Assembly (NCBI GenBank): GCA_964016885.1
Contig: OZ024742.1
Location: 372,744,001 to 372,808,000 of the forward strand
DNA: 64,000 bases
Direction: 5' to 3'
Source: Eledone cirrhosa
Lineage: Eukaryota
This document shows, piece by piece, positions 1-14,824 of the stretch; within the stretch, counting starts at the first letter, position 1, and each line of letters begins with the position of its first letter. The translations under genes were made by a program, and so were the position numbers. The notes beneath the pieces were generated by a model, which was not told where the DNA came from, ran no database searches, and saw only the letters and a list, made by a program, of their open reading frames with translations.

Positions 1-3000
1 CATTCTATATAAACTGTAAATCTCTTTCTATATAAACTGTAAATCTCATTCTATATAAACTGTGAATCTCATTCTATAAACTGTAAATCTCTTTCTATAT
101 AAACTGTAAATATCATTCTATATACACTGTAAATCTCTTTCTATATAAACTGTAAATCCCATTCTATATAAACTGTATATATCATTCTATAAACTGTAAA
201 TCACATTCTATAAACTGTAAATCTCTTTCTATATAAACTGTAAATCTCATTCTATATAAACTGTAAATCTCTTTCTATATGAACTGTAAATCTCATTCTA
301 TATAACTTGTAAATCTCATTCTATAAACTGTGAATCTCATTCTATATAAACTGTAAGTCTCATTCTATAAACTGCAAATCTCATTCTATGAACTGTAAAT
401 CTCTTTCTATATAAACTGTAAATCTCATTCTATATAAAATGTAAATCTCATTCTATAAACTGTAAATCTCTTTCTGTATAAACTGTAAATCTCATTCTAT
501 ATAAACTGTAAATCTCTTTCTATATAAACTGTAAATTTCATTCTATAAACTGTAAATCTCTTTCTATATAAACTGTAAATCTAATTCTATATAAACTGTA
601 AATCTCTTTCTATATAAACTGTAAATCTCATTCTATATAAACTGTGAATCTCATTCTATAAGCTGTAAATCTCTTTCTATATAAACTGTAAATCTCATTC
701 TATATACACTGTAAATCTCTTTCTATATAAACTGTAAATCTCATTCTATATAAACTGTAAATCTCATTCTATAAACTGTAAATCCCTTTCCATATAAACT
801 GTAAATCTCATTCTATATAAGCTGTAAATCTCATTCTATAAACTGTACATCTCTTTCTATATAAACTGTAAATCCCATTCTATATAAACTGTATATATCA
901 TTCTATAAAATGTAAATCTCATTCTATATACTGTAAATCTCTTTCTATATAAACTGTAAATCTAATTCTATATTAACTGTAAATCTGATTCTATAAACTG
1001 TAAATCTCTTTCTATATAAACTGTAAATCTCACTCTATATAAACTGTAAATCTCTTTCTATATAAACTGTAAATCTCGTTCTATATAAGCTGTAAATCTC
1101 ATTCTATAAACTGTAAATCTCTTTCTATATAAACTGTAAATCCCATTCTATATAAACTGTATATATCATTCTATAAACTGTAAATCACATTCTATAAACT
1201 GTAAATCTCATTCTATATAAACTGTAAATCTCTTTCTATATAAACTGTAAATTTCATTCTATAAACTCTAAATCTCTTTCTATATAAACTGTAAATCTCA
1301 TTCTATATAAACTCTATATATCATTCTATAAACTGTAAATCTCAGTCTATAAACTGTAAATCTCTTTCTATATAAACTGTAAATCTCTTTCTATATGAAC
1401 TGTAAATCTCTTTCTATATAAACTGTAAATCTCATTCTATGTAAGCTGTAAATCTCATTCTATGAACTGGAAATCTCTTTCTATATAAACTGTAAATCTC
1501 ATTCTATATAAACTGTAAATCTCTTTCTATATAAACTGTAAATCTCATTCTATATAAATTGAATCTCATTCTATATAAACTGTAAATCTCTTTCTATATA
1601 AACTGTAAATCTCATTCTATATAAACTGTAAATCTCATTCTATATAAACTGTAAATCTCATTCTATAAACTGTAAATCTCTTTCTATATAAACTGTAAAT
1701 CTCATTCTATATAAGCTGTAAATCTCATTCTATTAACTGTAAATCTCATTCTATATAAACTGTAAATCTCATTCTATATAAACTGTATATATCATTCTAT
1801 AAACTGTAAATCTCAGTCTATAAACTGTAAATCTCAGTCTATAAACTGTAAATCTCTTTCTATATATACTGTAAATCTCTTTCTATATAAACTGTAAATT
1901 TCATTCTATAAACTCTAAATCTCTTTCTATATAAACTGTAAATCTCATTCTATATAAACTGTAAATCTCTTTCTATATGAACTGTAATTATCTTTCTATA
2001 TAAACTGTAAATCTCATTCTATATAAGCTGTAAATCTCATTCTATGAACTGTAAATCTCTTTCTATATAAACTGTAAATCTCATTCTACATAAACTGTAA
2101 ATCTCATTCTATAAACTGTAAATCTCTTTCTATATAAACTGTAAATCTCTTTCTATATGAACTGTAAATTTCTTTCTATATAAACTGTAAATCTCATTCT
2201 ATATAAGCTGTAAATCTCATTCTATGAACTGTAAATATCTTTCTATATAAACTGTAAATCTCATTCTACATAAACTGTAAATCTCATTCTATAAACTGTA
2301 AATCTCTTTCTATATAAACTGTAAATCTCATTCTATATAAACTGTAAATCTCTTTCAATATAAACTGTAAATTTCATTCTATAAACTGTAAATCTCTTTC
2401 TATATAAACTGTAAATCTCATTCTATATAAACTGTAAATCTCATTCTATATAAGCTGTAAATCTCATTCTATTAACTGTAAATATCTTTCTATATAAACT
2501 GTAAATCTCATTCTATATAAACTGTAAATTTCATTCTATAAACTGTAAATCTCTTTCTATATAAACTGTAAATCTCATTCTATATAAACTGTAAATCTCT
2601 TTCTATATAAACTGTAAATCTCATTCTATATAAACTGTGAATCTCATTCTATAAACTGTAAATCTCTTTCTATATAAACTGTAAATATCATTCTATATAC
2701 ACTGTAAATCTCTTTCTATATAAACTGTAAATCCCATTCTATATAAACTGTATATATCATTCTATAAACTGTAAATCACATTCTATAAACTGTAAATCTC
2801 TTTCTATATAAACTGTAAATCTCATTCTATATAAACTGTAAATCTCTTTCTATATGAACTGTAAATCTCATTCTATATAACTTGTAAATCTCATTCTATA
2901 AACTGTGAATCTCATTCTATATAAACTGTAAGTCTCATTCTATAAACTGCAAATCTCATTCTATGAACTGTAAATCTCTTTCTATATAAACTGTAAATCT

Positions 3001-6000
3001 CATTCTATATAAAATGTAAATCTCATTCTATAAACTGTAAATCTCTTTCTGTATAAACTGTAAATCTCATTCTATATAAACTGTAAATCTCTTTCTATAT
3101 AAACTGTAAATTTCATTCTATAAACTGTAAATCTCTTTCTATATAAACTGTAAATCTAATTCTATATAAACTGTAAATCTCTTTCTATATAAACTGTAAA
3201 TCTCATTCTATATAAACTGTGAATCTCATTCTATAAGCTGTAAATCTCTTTCTATATAAACTGTAAATCTCATTCTATATACACTGTAAATCTCTTTCTA
3301 TATAAACTGTAAATCTCATTCTATATAAACTGTAAATCTCATTCTATAAACTGTAAATCCCTTTCCATATAAACTGTAAATCTCATTCTATATAAGCTGT
3401 AAATCTCATTCTATAAACTGTACATCTCTTTCTATATAAACTGTAAATCCCATTCTATATAAACTGTATATATCATTCTATAAAATGTAAATCTCATTCT
3501 ATATACTGTAAATCTCTTTCTATATAAACTGTAAATCTAATTCTATATTAACTGTAAATCTGATTCTATAAACTGTAAATCTCTTTCTATATAAACTGTA
3601 AATCTCACTCTATATAAACTGTAAATCTCTTTCTATATAAACTGTAAATCTCGTTCTATATAAGCTGTAAATCTCATTCTATAAACTGTAAATCTCTTTC
3701 TATATAAACTGTAAATCCCATTCTATATAAACTGTATATATCATTCTATAAACTGTAAATCACATTCTATAAACTGTAAATCTCATTCTATATAAACTGT
3801 AAATCTCTTTCTATATAAACTGTAAATTTCATTCTATAAACTCTAAATCTCTTTCTATATAAACTGTAAATCTCATTCTATATAAACTCTATATATCATT
3901 CTATAAACTGTAAATCTCAGTCTATAAACTGTAAATCTCTTTCTATATAAACTGTAAATCTCTTTCTATATGAACTGTAAATCTCTTTCTATATAAACTG
4001 TAAATCTCATTCTATGTAAGCTGTAAATCTCATTCTATGAACTGGAAATCTCTTTCTATATAAACTGTAAATCTCATTCTATATAAACTGTAAATCTCTT
4101 TCTATATAAACTGTAAATCTCATTCTATATAAATTGAATCTCATTCTATATAAACTGTAAATCTCTTTCTATATAAACTGTAAATCTCATTCTATATAAA
4201 CTGTAAATCTCATTCTATATAAACTGTAAATCTCATTCTATAAACTGTAAATCTCTTTCTATATAAACTGTAAATCTCATTCTATATAAGCTGTAAATCT
4301 CATTCTATTAACTGTAAATCTCATTCTATATAAACTGTAAATCTCATTCTATATAAACTGTATATATCATTCTATAAACTGTAAATCTCAGTCTATAAAC
4401 TGTAAATCTCAGTCTATAAACTGTAAATCTCTTTCTATATATACTGTAAATCTCTTTCTATATAAACTGTAAATTTCATTCTATAAACTCTAAATCTCTT
4501 TCTATATAAACTGTAAATCTCATTCTATATAAACTGTAAATCTCTTTCTATATGAACTGTAATTATCTTTCTATATAAACTGTAAATCTCATTCTATATA
4601 AGCTGTAAATCTCATTCTATGAACTGTAAATCTCTTTCTATATAAACTGTAAATCTCATTCTACATAAACTGTAAATCTCATTCTATAAACTGTAAATCT
4701 CTTTCTATATAAACTGTAAATCTCATTCTATATAAACTGTAAATCTCTTTCTATATAAACTGTAAATTTCATTCTATAAACTGTAAATCTCTTTCTATAT
4801 AAACTGTAAATCTCATTCTATATAAACTGTAAATCTCATTCTATATAAACTGTAAATCTCATTCTATAAACTGTAAATCTCTTTCTATATAAACTGTAAA
4901 TCTCTTTCTATATGAACTGTAAATTTCTTTCTATATAAACTGTAAATCTCATTCTATATAAGCTGTAAATCTCATTCTATGAACTGTAAATATCTTTCTA
5001 TATAAACTGTAAATCTCATTCTACATAAACTGTAAATCTCATTCTATAAACTGTAAATCTCTTTCTATATAAACTGTAAATCTCATTCTATATAAACTGT
5101 AAATCTCTTTCAATATAAACTGTAAATTTCATTCTATAAACTGTAAATCTCTTTCTATATAAACTGTAAATCTCATTCTATATAAACTGTAAATCTCATT
5201 CTATATAAGCTGTAAATCTCATTCTATTAACTGTAAATATCTTTCTATATAAACTGTAAATCTCATTCTATATAAACTGTAAATTTCATTCTATAAACTG
5301 TAAATCTCTTTCTATATAAACTGTAAATCTCATTCTATATAAACTGTAAATCTCTTTCTATATAAACTGTAAATCTTATTCTATATAAACTGTGAATCTC
5401 ATTCTATAAACTGTAAATCTCTTTCTATATAAACTGTAAATATCATTCTATATACACTGTAAATCTCTTTCTATATAAACTGTAAATCCCATTCTATATA
5501 AACTGTATATATCATTCTATAAACTGTAAATCACATTCTATAAACTGTAAATCTCTTTCTATATAAACTGTAAATCTCATTCTATATAAACTGTAAATCT
5601 CTTTCTATATGAACTGTAAATCTCATTCTATATAACTTGTAAATCTCATTCTATAAACTGTGAATCTCATTCTATATAAACTGTAAGTCTCATTCTATAA
5701 ACTGCAAATCTCATTCTATGAACTGTAAATCTCTTTCTATATAAACTGTAAATCTCATTCTATATAAAATGTAAATCTCATTCTATAAACTGTAAATCTC
5801 TTTCTGTATAAACTGTAAATCTCATTCTATATAAACTGTAAATCTCTTTCTATATAAACTGTAAATTTCATTCTATAAACTGTAAATCTCTTTCTATATA
5901 AACTGTAAATCTAATTCTATATAAACTGTAAATCTCTTTCTATATAAACTGTAAATCTCATTCTATATAAACTGTGAATCTCATTCTATAAGCTGTAAAT

Positions 6001-6539
6001 CTCTTTCTATATAAACTGTAAATCTCATTCTATATACACTGTGAATCTCTTTCTATATAAACTGTAAATCTCATTCTATATAAACTGTAAATCTCATTCT
6101 ATAAACTGTAAATCCCTTTCCATATAAACTGTAAATCTCATTCTATATAAGCTGTAAATCTCATTCTATAAACTGTACATCTCTTTCTATATAAACTGTA
6201 AATCCCATTCTATATAAACTGTATATATCATTCTATAAAATGTAAATCTCATTCTATATACTGTAAATCTCTTTCTATATAAACTGTAAATCTAATTCTA
6301 TATTAACTGTAAATCTGATTCTATAAACTGTAAATCTCTTTCTATATAAACTGTAAATCTCACTCTATATAAACTGTAAATCTCTTTCTATATAAACTGT
6401 AAATCTCGTTCTATATAAGCTGTAAATCTCATTCTATAAACTGTAAATCTCTTTCTATATAAACTGTAAATCCCATTCTATATAAACTGTATATATCATT
6501 CTATAAACTGTAAATCACATTCTATAAACTGTAAATCTC
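1..6539. repeat. Higher-order tandem block, ~2.4 copies, period 2575 then 2755 bp
   Basis: The ACTGCAAATC marker C lies at 375, 2950 and 5705. Copies start at 1, 2576 and 5331. Copy 2 has 180 extra bp near 4681-4860. Copy 3 diverges at ~6540. Confidence 0.9.
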
Positions 6540-9500
6540 TTTCTATATAAACTGTAAATCTCATTCTATATAAACTGTAAATCTATTTCTATATGAACTG
6601 TAAATCTCATTCTATATAAATTGTAAATCTCATTCTATAAACTGTGAATCTCATTCTATATAAACTGTAAATCTCATTCTATAAACTGTAAATCTCATTC
6701 TATGAACTGTAAATCTCTTTCTATATAAACTGTAAATCTCATTCTATATAAACTGTAAATCTCATTCTATAAACTGTAAATCTCTTTCTGTATAAACTGT
6801 AAATCTCATTCTATATAAACTGTAAATCTCATTCTATATAAACTGTAAATTTCATTCTATAAACTGTAAATCTCATTCTATATATAACTGTAAATCTCAT
6901 TCTATAAACTGTAAATCTCATTCTATATAAACTGTAAATCTCTTTCTATATAACCTGTAAATCTCTTTCTATATAACCTGTAAATATCTTTCTATATAAA
7001 CTGTTAATCTCATGCTATAAACTGTAAATCTCATTCTATATAAACTGTAAATCTCTTTCTATATAACCTGTAAATCTCTTTCTATATAACCTGTAAATCT
7101 CTTTCTATATAAACTGTAAATCTCATGCTATAGACTGTAAATCTCATTCTATATGAACTGTAAATCTCTTTCTATATAAACTGTAAATCTCATTCTATAT
7201 AATCTGTAAATCTCATTCGATAAACTGTAAATCTCTTTTTATATAAACAGTAAATCTCATTCTATATAAACTGTAAATCTCATTCTATGAACTGTAAATC
7301 TCTTTCTATATAAACTGTAAATCTCATTCTATATAAAATGTAAATCTCATTCTATAAACTGTAAATCTCTTTCTATATAAACTGTAAATCTCATTCTATA
7401 TGAACTGTAAATCTCTTTCTATATAAACTGTAAATTTCATTCTATAAACTCTAAATCTCTTTCTATATAAACTGTAAATCTCATTCTATATAAACTGAAT
7501 CTCATTCTATATAAACTGTAAATCTCTTTCTATATAAACTGTAAATCTCATTCTATATAAACTGTAAATCTCATTCTATATAAACTGTAAATCTCATTCT
7601 ATAAACTGTAAATCTCTTTCTATATAAACTGTAAATCTCATTCTATATAAGCTGTAAATCTCATTCTATTAACTGTAAATCTCATTCTATATAAACTGTA
7701 AATCTCATTCTATATAAACTGTATATATCATTCTATAAACTGTAAATCTCAGTCTATAAACTGTAAATCTCTTTCTATATAAACTGTAAATCTCTTTCTA
7801 TATGAACTGTAAATCTCTTTCTATATAAACTGTAAATCTCATTCTATATAAGCTGTAAATCTCATTCTATGAACTGTAAATCTCTTTCTATATAAACTGT
7901 AAATCTCATTCTATATAAACTGTAAATCTCATTCTATAAACTGTAAATCTCTTTCTATATAAACTGTAAATCTCATTCTATATAAACTGTAAATCTCTTT
8001 CTATATAAACTGTAAATTTCATTCTATAAACTGTAAATCTCTTTCTATATAAACTGTAAATCTCATTCTATATAAACTGTAAATCTCTTTCTATATAAAC
8101 TGTAAATCTTATTCTATATAAACTGTAAATCTCATTCTATAAACTGTAAATCTCTTTCTATATAAACTGTAAATCCCATTCTATATAAGCTGTAAATCTC
8201 ATTCTATTAACTGTAAATCTCTTTCTATATAAACTGTAAATCTCATTCTATATAAACTCTATATATCATTCTATAAACTGTAAATCTCAGTCTATAAACT
8301 GTAAATCTCTTTCTATATAAACTGTAAATCTCTTTCTATATGAACTGTAAATCTCTTTCTATATAAACTGTAAATCTCATTCTATGTAAGCTGTAAATCT
8401 CATTCTATGAACTGGAAATCTCTTTCTATATAAACTGTAAATCTCATTCTATATAAGCTGTAAATCTCATTCTATGAACTGTAAATATCTTTCTATATAA
8501 ACTGTAAATCTCATTCTACATAAACTGTAAATCTCATTCTATAAACTGTAAATCTCTTTCTATATAAACTGTAAATCTCATTCTATATAAACTGTAAATC
8601 TCTTTCTATATAAACTGTAAATTTCATTCTATAAACTGTAAATCTCTTTCTATATAAACTGTAAATCTCATTCTATATAAACTGTAAATCTCATTCTATA
8701 TAAGCTGTAAATCTCATTCTATTAACTGTAAATCTCTTTCTATATAAACTGTAAATCTCATTCTATATAAACTGTATATATCATTCTATAAACTGTAAAT
8801 CTCAGTCTATAAACTGTAAATCTCTTTCTCTATAAACTGTAAATCTCTTTCTATATGAACTGTAAATCTCTTTCTATATAAACTGTAAATCTCATTCTAT
8901 GTAAGCTGTAAATCTCATTCTATGAACTGTAAATCTCTTTCTATATAAACTGTAAATCTCATTCTATATAAACTGTAAATCTCATTCTATGAACTGTAAA
9001 TCTCTTTCTATATAAACTGTAAATCTCATTCTATATAAACTGTAAATTTCATTCTATAAACTGTAAATCTCTTTCTATATAAACTGTAAATCTCATTCTA
9101 TATAAACTGTAAATCTCTTTCTATATAAACTGTAAATCTCATTCTATATAAACTGTGAATCTCATTCTATAAACTGTAAATCTCTTTCTATATAAACTGT
9201 AAATATCATTCTATATACACTGTAAATCTCTTTCTATATAAACTGTAAATCCCATTCTATATAAACTGTATATATCATTCTATAAACTGTAAATCACATT
9301 CTATAAACTGTAAATCTCTTTCTATATAAACTGTAAATCTCATTCTATATAAACTGTAAATCTCTTTCTATATGAACTGTAAATCTCATTCTATATAACT
9401 TGTAAATCTCATTCTATAAACTGTGAATCTCATTCTATATAAACTGTAAGTCTCATTCTATAAACTGCAAATCTCATTCTATGAACTGTAAATCTCTTTC

Positions 9501-11619
9501 TATATAAACTGTAAATCTCATTCTATATAAAATGTAAATCTCATTCTATAAACTGTAAATCTCTTTCTGTATAAACTGTAAATCTCATTCTATATAAACT
9601 GTAAATCTCTTTCTATATAAACTGTAAATTTCATTCTATAAACTGTAAATCTCTTTCTATATAAACTGTAAATCTAATTCTATATAAACTGTAAATCTCT
9701 TTCTATATAAACTGTAAATCTCATTCTATATAAACTGTGAATCTCATTCTATAAGCTGTAAATCTCTTTCTATATAAACTGTAAATCTCATACTATATAC
9801 ACTGTAAATCTCTTTCTATATAAACTGTAAATCTCATTGTATATAAACTGTAAATCTCATTCTATAAACTGTAAATCCCTTTCCATATAAACTGTAAATC
9901 TCATTCTATATAAGCTGTAAATCTCATTCTATAAACTGTACATCTCTTTCTATATAAACTGTAAATCCCATTCTATATAAACTGTATATATCATTCTATA
10001 AACTGTAAATCTCATTCTATATACTGTAAATCTCTTTCTATATAAACTGTAAATCTAATTCTATATTAACTGTAAATCTGATACTATAAACTGTAAATCT
10101 CTTTCTATATAAACTGTAAATCTCACTCTATATAAACTGTAAATCTCTTTCTATATAAACTGTAAATCTCGTTCTATATAAGCTGTAAATCTCATTCTAT
10201 AAACTGTAAATCTCTTTCTATATAAACTGTAAATCCCATTCTATATAAACTGTATATATCATTCTATAAACTGTAAATCACATTCTATAAACTGTAAATC
10301 TCTTTCTATATAAACTGTAAATCTCATTCTATATAAACTGTAAATCTATTTCTATATGAACTGTAAATCTCATTCTATATAGATTGTAAATCTCATTCTA
10401 TAAACTGTGAATCTCATTCTATATAAACTGTAAATCTCATTCTATAAACTGTAAATCTGATTCTATGAACTGTAAATCTCTTTCTATATAAACTGTAAAT
10501 CTCATTCTATATAAACTGTAAATCTCATTCTATAAACTGTAAATCTCTTTCTGTATAAACTGTAAATCTCATTCTATATAAACTGTAAATCTCTTTCTAT
10601 ATAAACTGTAAATTTCATTCTATAAACTGTAAATCTCATTCTATATAAACTGTAAATCTCTTTCTATATAACCTGTAAATCTCTTTCTATATAAACTGTA
10701 AATCTCATGCTATAGACTGTAAATCTCATTCTATATGAACTGTAAATCTCTTTCTATATAAACTGTAAATCTCATTCTATATAATCTGTAAATCTCATTC
10801 GATAAACTGTAAATCTCATTCTATATAAACTGTAAATCTCTTTCTATATAAACTGTAAATTTCATTCTATAAACTCTAAATCTCTTTCTATATAAACTGT
10901 AAATCTCATTCTATATAAACTGTAAATCTCTTTCTATATAAATGTAAATCTCATTCTATATAAACTGAATCTCATTCTATATAAACTGTAAATCTCTTTC
11001 TATATAAACTGTAAATCTCATTCTATATAAACTGTAAATCTCATTCTATATAAACTGTAAATCTCATTCTATAAACTGTAAATCTCTTTCTATATAAACT
11101 GTAAATCTCATTCTATATAAGCTGTAAATCTCATTCTATTAACTGTAAATCTCATTCTATATAAACTGTAAATCTCATTCTATATAAACTGTATATATCA
11201 TTCTATAAACTGTAAATCTCAGTCTATAAACTGTAAATCTCTTTCTATATAAACTGTAAATCTCTTTCTATATGAACTGTAAATCTCTTTCTATATAAAC
11301 TGTAAATCTCATTCTATATAAGCTGTAAATCTCATTCTATGAACTGTAAATCTCTTTCTATATAAACTGTAAATCTCTTTCTATATGAACTGTAAATCTC
11401 TTTCTATATAAACTGTAAATCTCATTCTATGTAAGCTGTAAATCTCATTCTATGAACTGGAAATCTCTTTCTATATAAACTGTAAATCTCATTCTATGTA
11501 AACTGTAAATCTCATTCTATATAAACTGTAAATCTTTTTCTATATAAACTGTAAATCTCATTCTATATAAACTGTAAATCTCTTTCTATATAAACTGTAA
11601 ATCTCATTCTATATAAACT

Positions 11620-12190
11620 GTAAATCCCATTCTATAAACTGTAAATCCCTTTCTATATAACCTGTAAATCTCTTTCTATAGAAACTGTAAATCTCATTCT
11701 ATATAAACGGTAAATCTCATTCTATATAAACTGTAAATCTCATTCTATATAAACTCTGAATCTGATTCTATATAAACTGTAACTCTCATTTTATATAAAC
11801 TGTGAATCTCATTCTATATAAACTGTATATCTCATTCTATATAAACTGTAAATCTCATTCGATAAACTGTAAATCTCTTTTTATATAAAATGTAAATCTC
11901 ATTCTATAAACTGTAAATCTCTTTCTATATAAACTGTAAATCTCATTCTATATAAACTGTAAATCTCTTTCTATATAAACTGTAAATCTCATGCTATAAA
12001 CTGAAAATCTCATTCTATATAAACTGTAAAACTCTTTCTATATAAACTCTGAATCTGATTCTATATAAACTGTAACTCTCATTTCATATAAACTGCGAAT
12101 CTCATTCTATATAAACTGTATATCTCATTCTATATAAACTGTAAATCTCATTCGATAAACTGTAAATCTCTTTTTATATAAACTGTAAAT
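11620..12190. repeat. Divergent-monomer module with an internal 293-bp (13-monomer) duplication; recurs across the array
   Basis: AAACTCTGAATCTGATT occurs at 11751 and 12044. The same ordered module is seen near 26.7, 29.7, 33.7, 39.6, 47.7, 54.5 and 61.8 kb, with partial copies near 45.2, 52.2 and 63.2 kb. Confidence 0.85.
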
Positions 12191-14824
12191 CTCATTCTAT
12201 ATAAACTGTAAATCTCATTCTATATAAAATGTAAATCTCATTCTATAAACTGTAAATCTCTTTCTATATAAACTGTAAATCTCATTCTATATAAACTGTA
12301 AATCTCTTTCTATATAAACTGTAAATTTCATTCTATAAACTCTAAATCTCTTTCTATATAAACTGTAAATCTCATTCTATATAAACTCTATATATCATTC
12401 TATAAACTGTAAATCTCAGTCTATAAACTGTAAATCTCTTTCTATATAAACTGTAAATCTCTTTCTATATGAACTGTAAATCTCTTTCTATATAAACTGT
12501 AAATCTCATTCTATGTAAGCTGTAAATCTCATTCTATGAACTGGAAATCTCTTTCTATATAAACTGTAAATCTCATTCTATATAAACTGTAAATCTCTTT
12601 CTATATAAACTATAAATCTCATTCTATATAAATTGAATCTCATTCTATATAAACTGTAAATCTCTTTCTATATAAACTGTAAATCTCATTCTATATAAAC
12701 TGTAAATCTCATTCTATATAAACTGTAAATCTCATTCTATAAACTGTAAATCTCTTTCTATATAAACTGTAAATCTCATTCTATATAAGCTGTAAATCTC
12801 ATTCTATTAACTGTAAATCTCATTCTATATAAACTGTAAATCTCATTCTATATAAACTGTATATATCATTCTATAAACTGTAAATCTCAGTCTATAAACT
12901 GTAAATCTCAGTCTATAAACTGTAAATCTCTTTCTATATATACTGTAAATCTCTTTCTATATAAACTGTAAATTTCATTCTATAAACTCTAAATCTCTTT
13001 CTATATAAACTGTAAATCTCATTCTATATAAACTGTAAATCTCTTTCTATATGAACTGTAATTATCTTTCTATATAAACTGTAAATCTCATTCTATATAA
13101 GCTGTAAATCTCATTCTATGAACTGTAAATCTCTTTCTATATAAACTGTAAATCTCATTCTACATAAACTGTAAATCTCATTCTATAAACTGTAAATCTC
13201 TTTCTATATAAACTGTAAATCTCATTCTATATAAACTGTAAATCTCTTTCTATATAAACTGTAAATTTCATTCTATAAACTGTAAATCTCTTTCTATATA
13301 AACTGTAAATCTCATTCTATATAAACTGTAAATCTCATTCTATATAAACTGTAAATCTCATTCTATAAACTGTAAATCTCTTTCTATATAAACTGTAAAT
13401 CTCTTTCTATATGAACTGTAAATTTCTTTCTATATAAACTGTAAATCTCATTCTATATAAGCTGTAAATCTCATTCTATGAACTGTAAATATCTTTCTAT
13501 ATAAACTGTAAATCTCATTCTACATAAACTGTAAATCTCATTCTATAAACTGTAAATCTCTTTCTATATAAACTGTAAATCTCATTCTATATAAACTGTA
13601 AATCTCTTTCAATATAAACTGTAAATTTCATTCTATAAACTGTAAATCTCTTTCTATATAAACTGTAAATCTCATTCTATATAAACTGTAAATCTCATTC
13701 TATATAAGCTGTAAATCTCATTCTATTAACTGTAAATCTCTTTCTATATAAACTGTAAATCTCATTCTATATAAACTGTATATATCATTCTATAAACTGT
13801 AAATCTCAGTCTATAAACTGTAAATCTCTTTCTCTATAAACTGTAAATCTCTTTCTATATGAACTGTAAATCTCTTTCTATATAAACTGTAAATCTCATT
13901 CTATATAAACTGTAAATCTCATTCTATGAACTGTAAATCTCTTTCTATATAAACTGTAAATCTCATTCTATATAAACTGTAAATTTCATTCTATAAACTG
14001 TAAATCTCTTTCTATATAAACTGTAAATCTCATTCTATATAAACTGTAAATCTCTTTCTATATAAACTGTAAATCTCATTCTATATAAACTGTGAATCTC
14101 ATTCTATAAACTGTAAATCTCTTTCTATATAAACTGTAAATATCATTCTATATACACTGTAAATCTCTTTCTATATAAACTGTAAATCCCATTCTATATA
14201 AACTGTATATATCATTCTATAAACTGTAAATCACATTCTATAAACTGTAAATCTCTTTCTATATAAACTGTAAATCTCATTCTATATAAACTGTAAATCT
14301 CTTTCTATATGAACTGTAAATCTCATTCTATATAACTTGTAAATCTCATTCTATAAACTGTGAATCTCATTCTATATAAACTGTAAGTCTCATTCTATAA
14401 ACTGCAAATCTCATTCTATGAACTGTAAATCTCTTTCTATATAAACTGTAAATCTCATTCTATATAAAATGTAAATCTCATTCTATAAACTGTAAATCTC
14501 TTTCTGTATAAACTGTAAATCTCATTCTATATAAACTGTAAATCTCTTTCTATATAAACTGTAAATTTCATTCTATAAACTGTAAATCTCTTTCTATATA
14601 AACTGTAAATCTAATTCTATATAAACTGTAAATCTCTTTCTATATAAACTGTAAATCTCATTCTATATAAACTGTGAATCTCATTCTATAAGCTGTAAAT
14701 CTCTTTCTATATAAACTGTAAATCTCATTCTATATACACTGTAAATCTCTTTCTATATAAACTGTAAATCTCATTCTATATAAACTGTAAATCTCATTCT
14801 ATAAACTGTAAATCCCTTTCCATA

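Noticed and set aside
6-13. Functional promoter TATA box or bacterial -10 element
   Set aside because: The motif is part of the satellite monomer, with no downstream gene or other promoter element.
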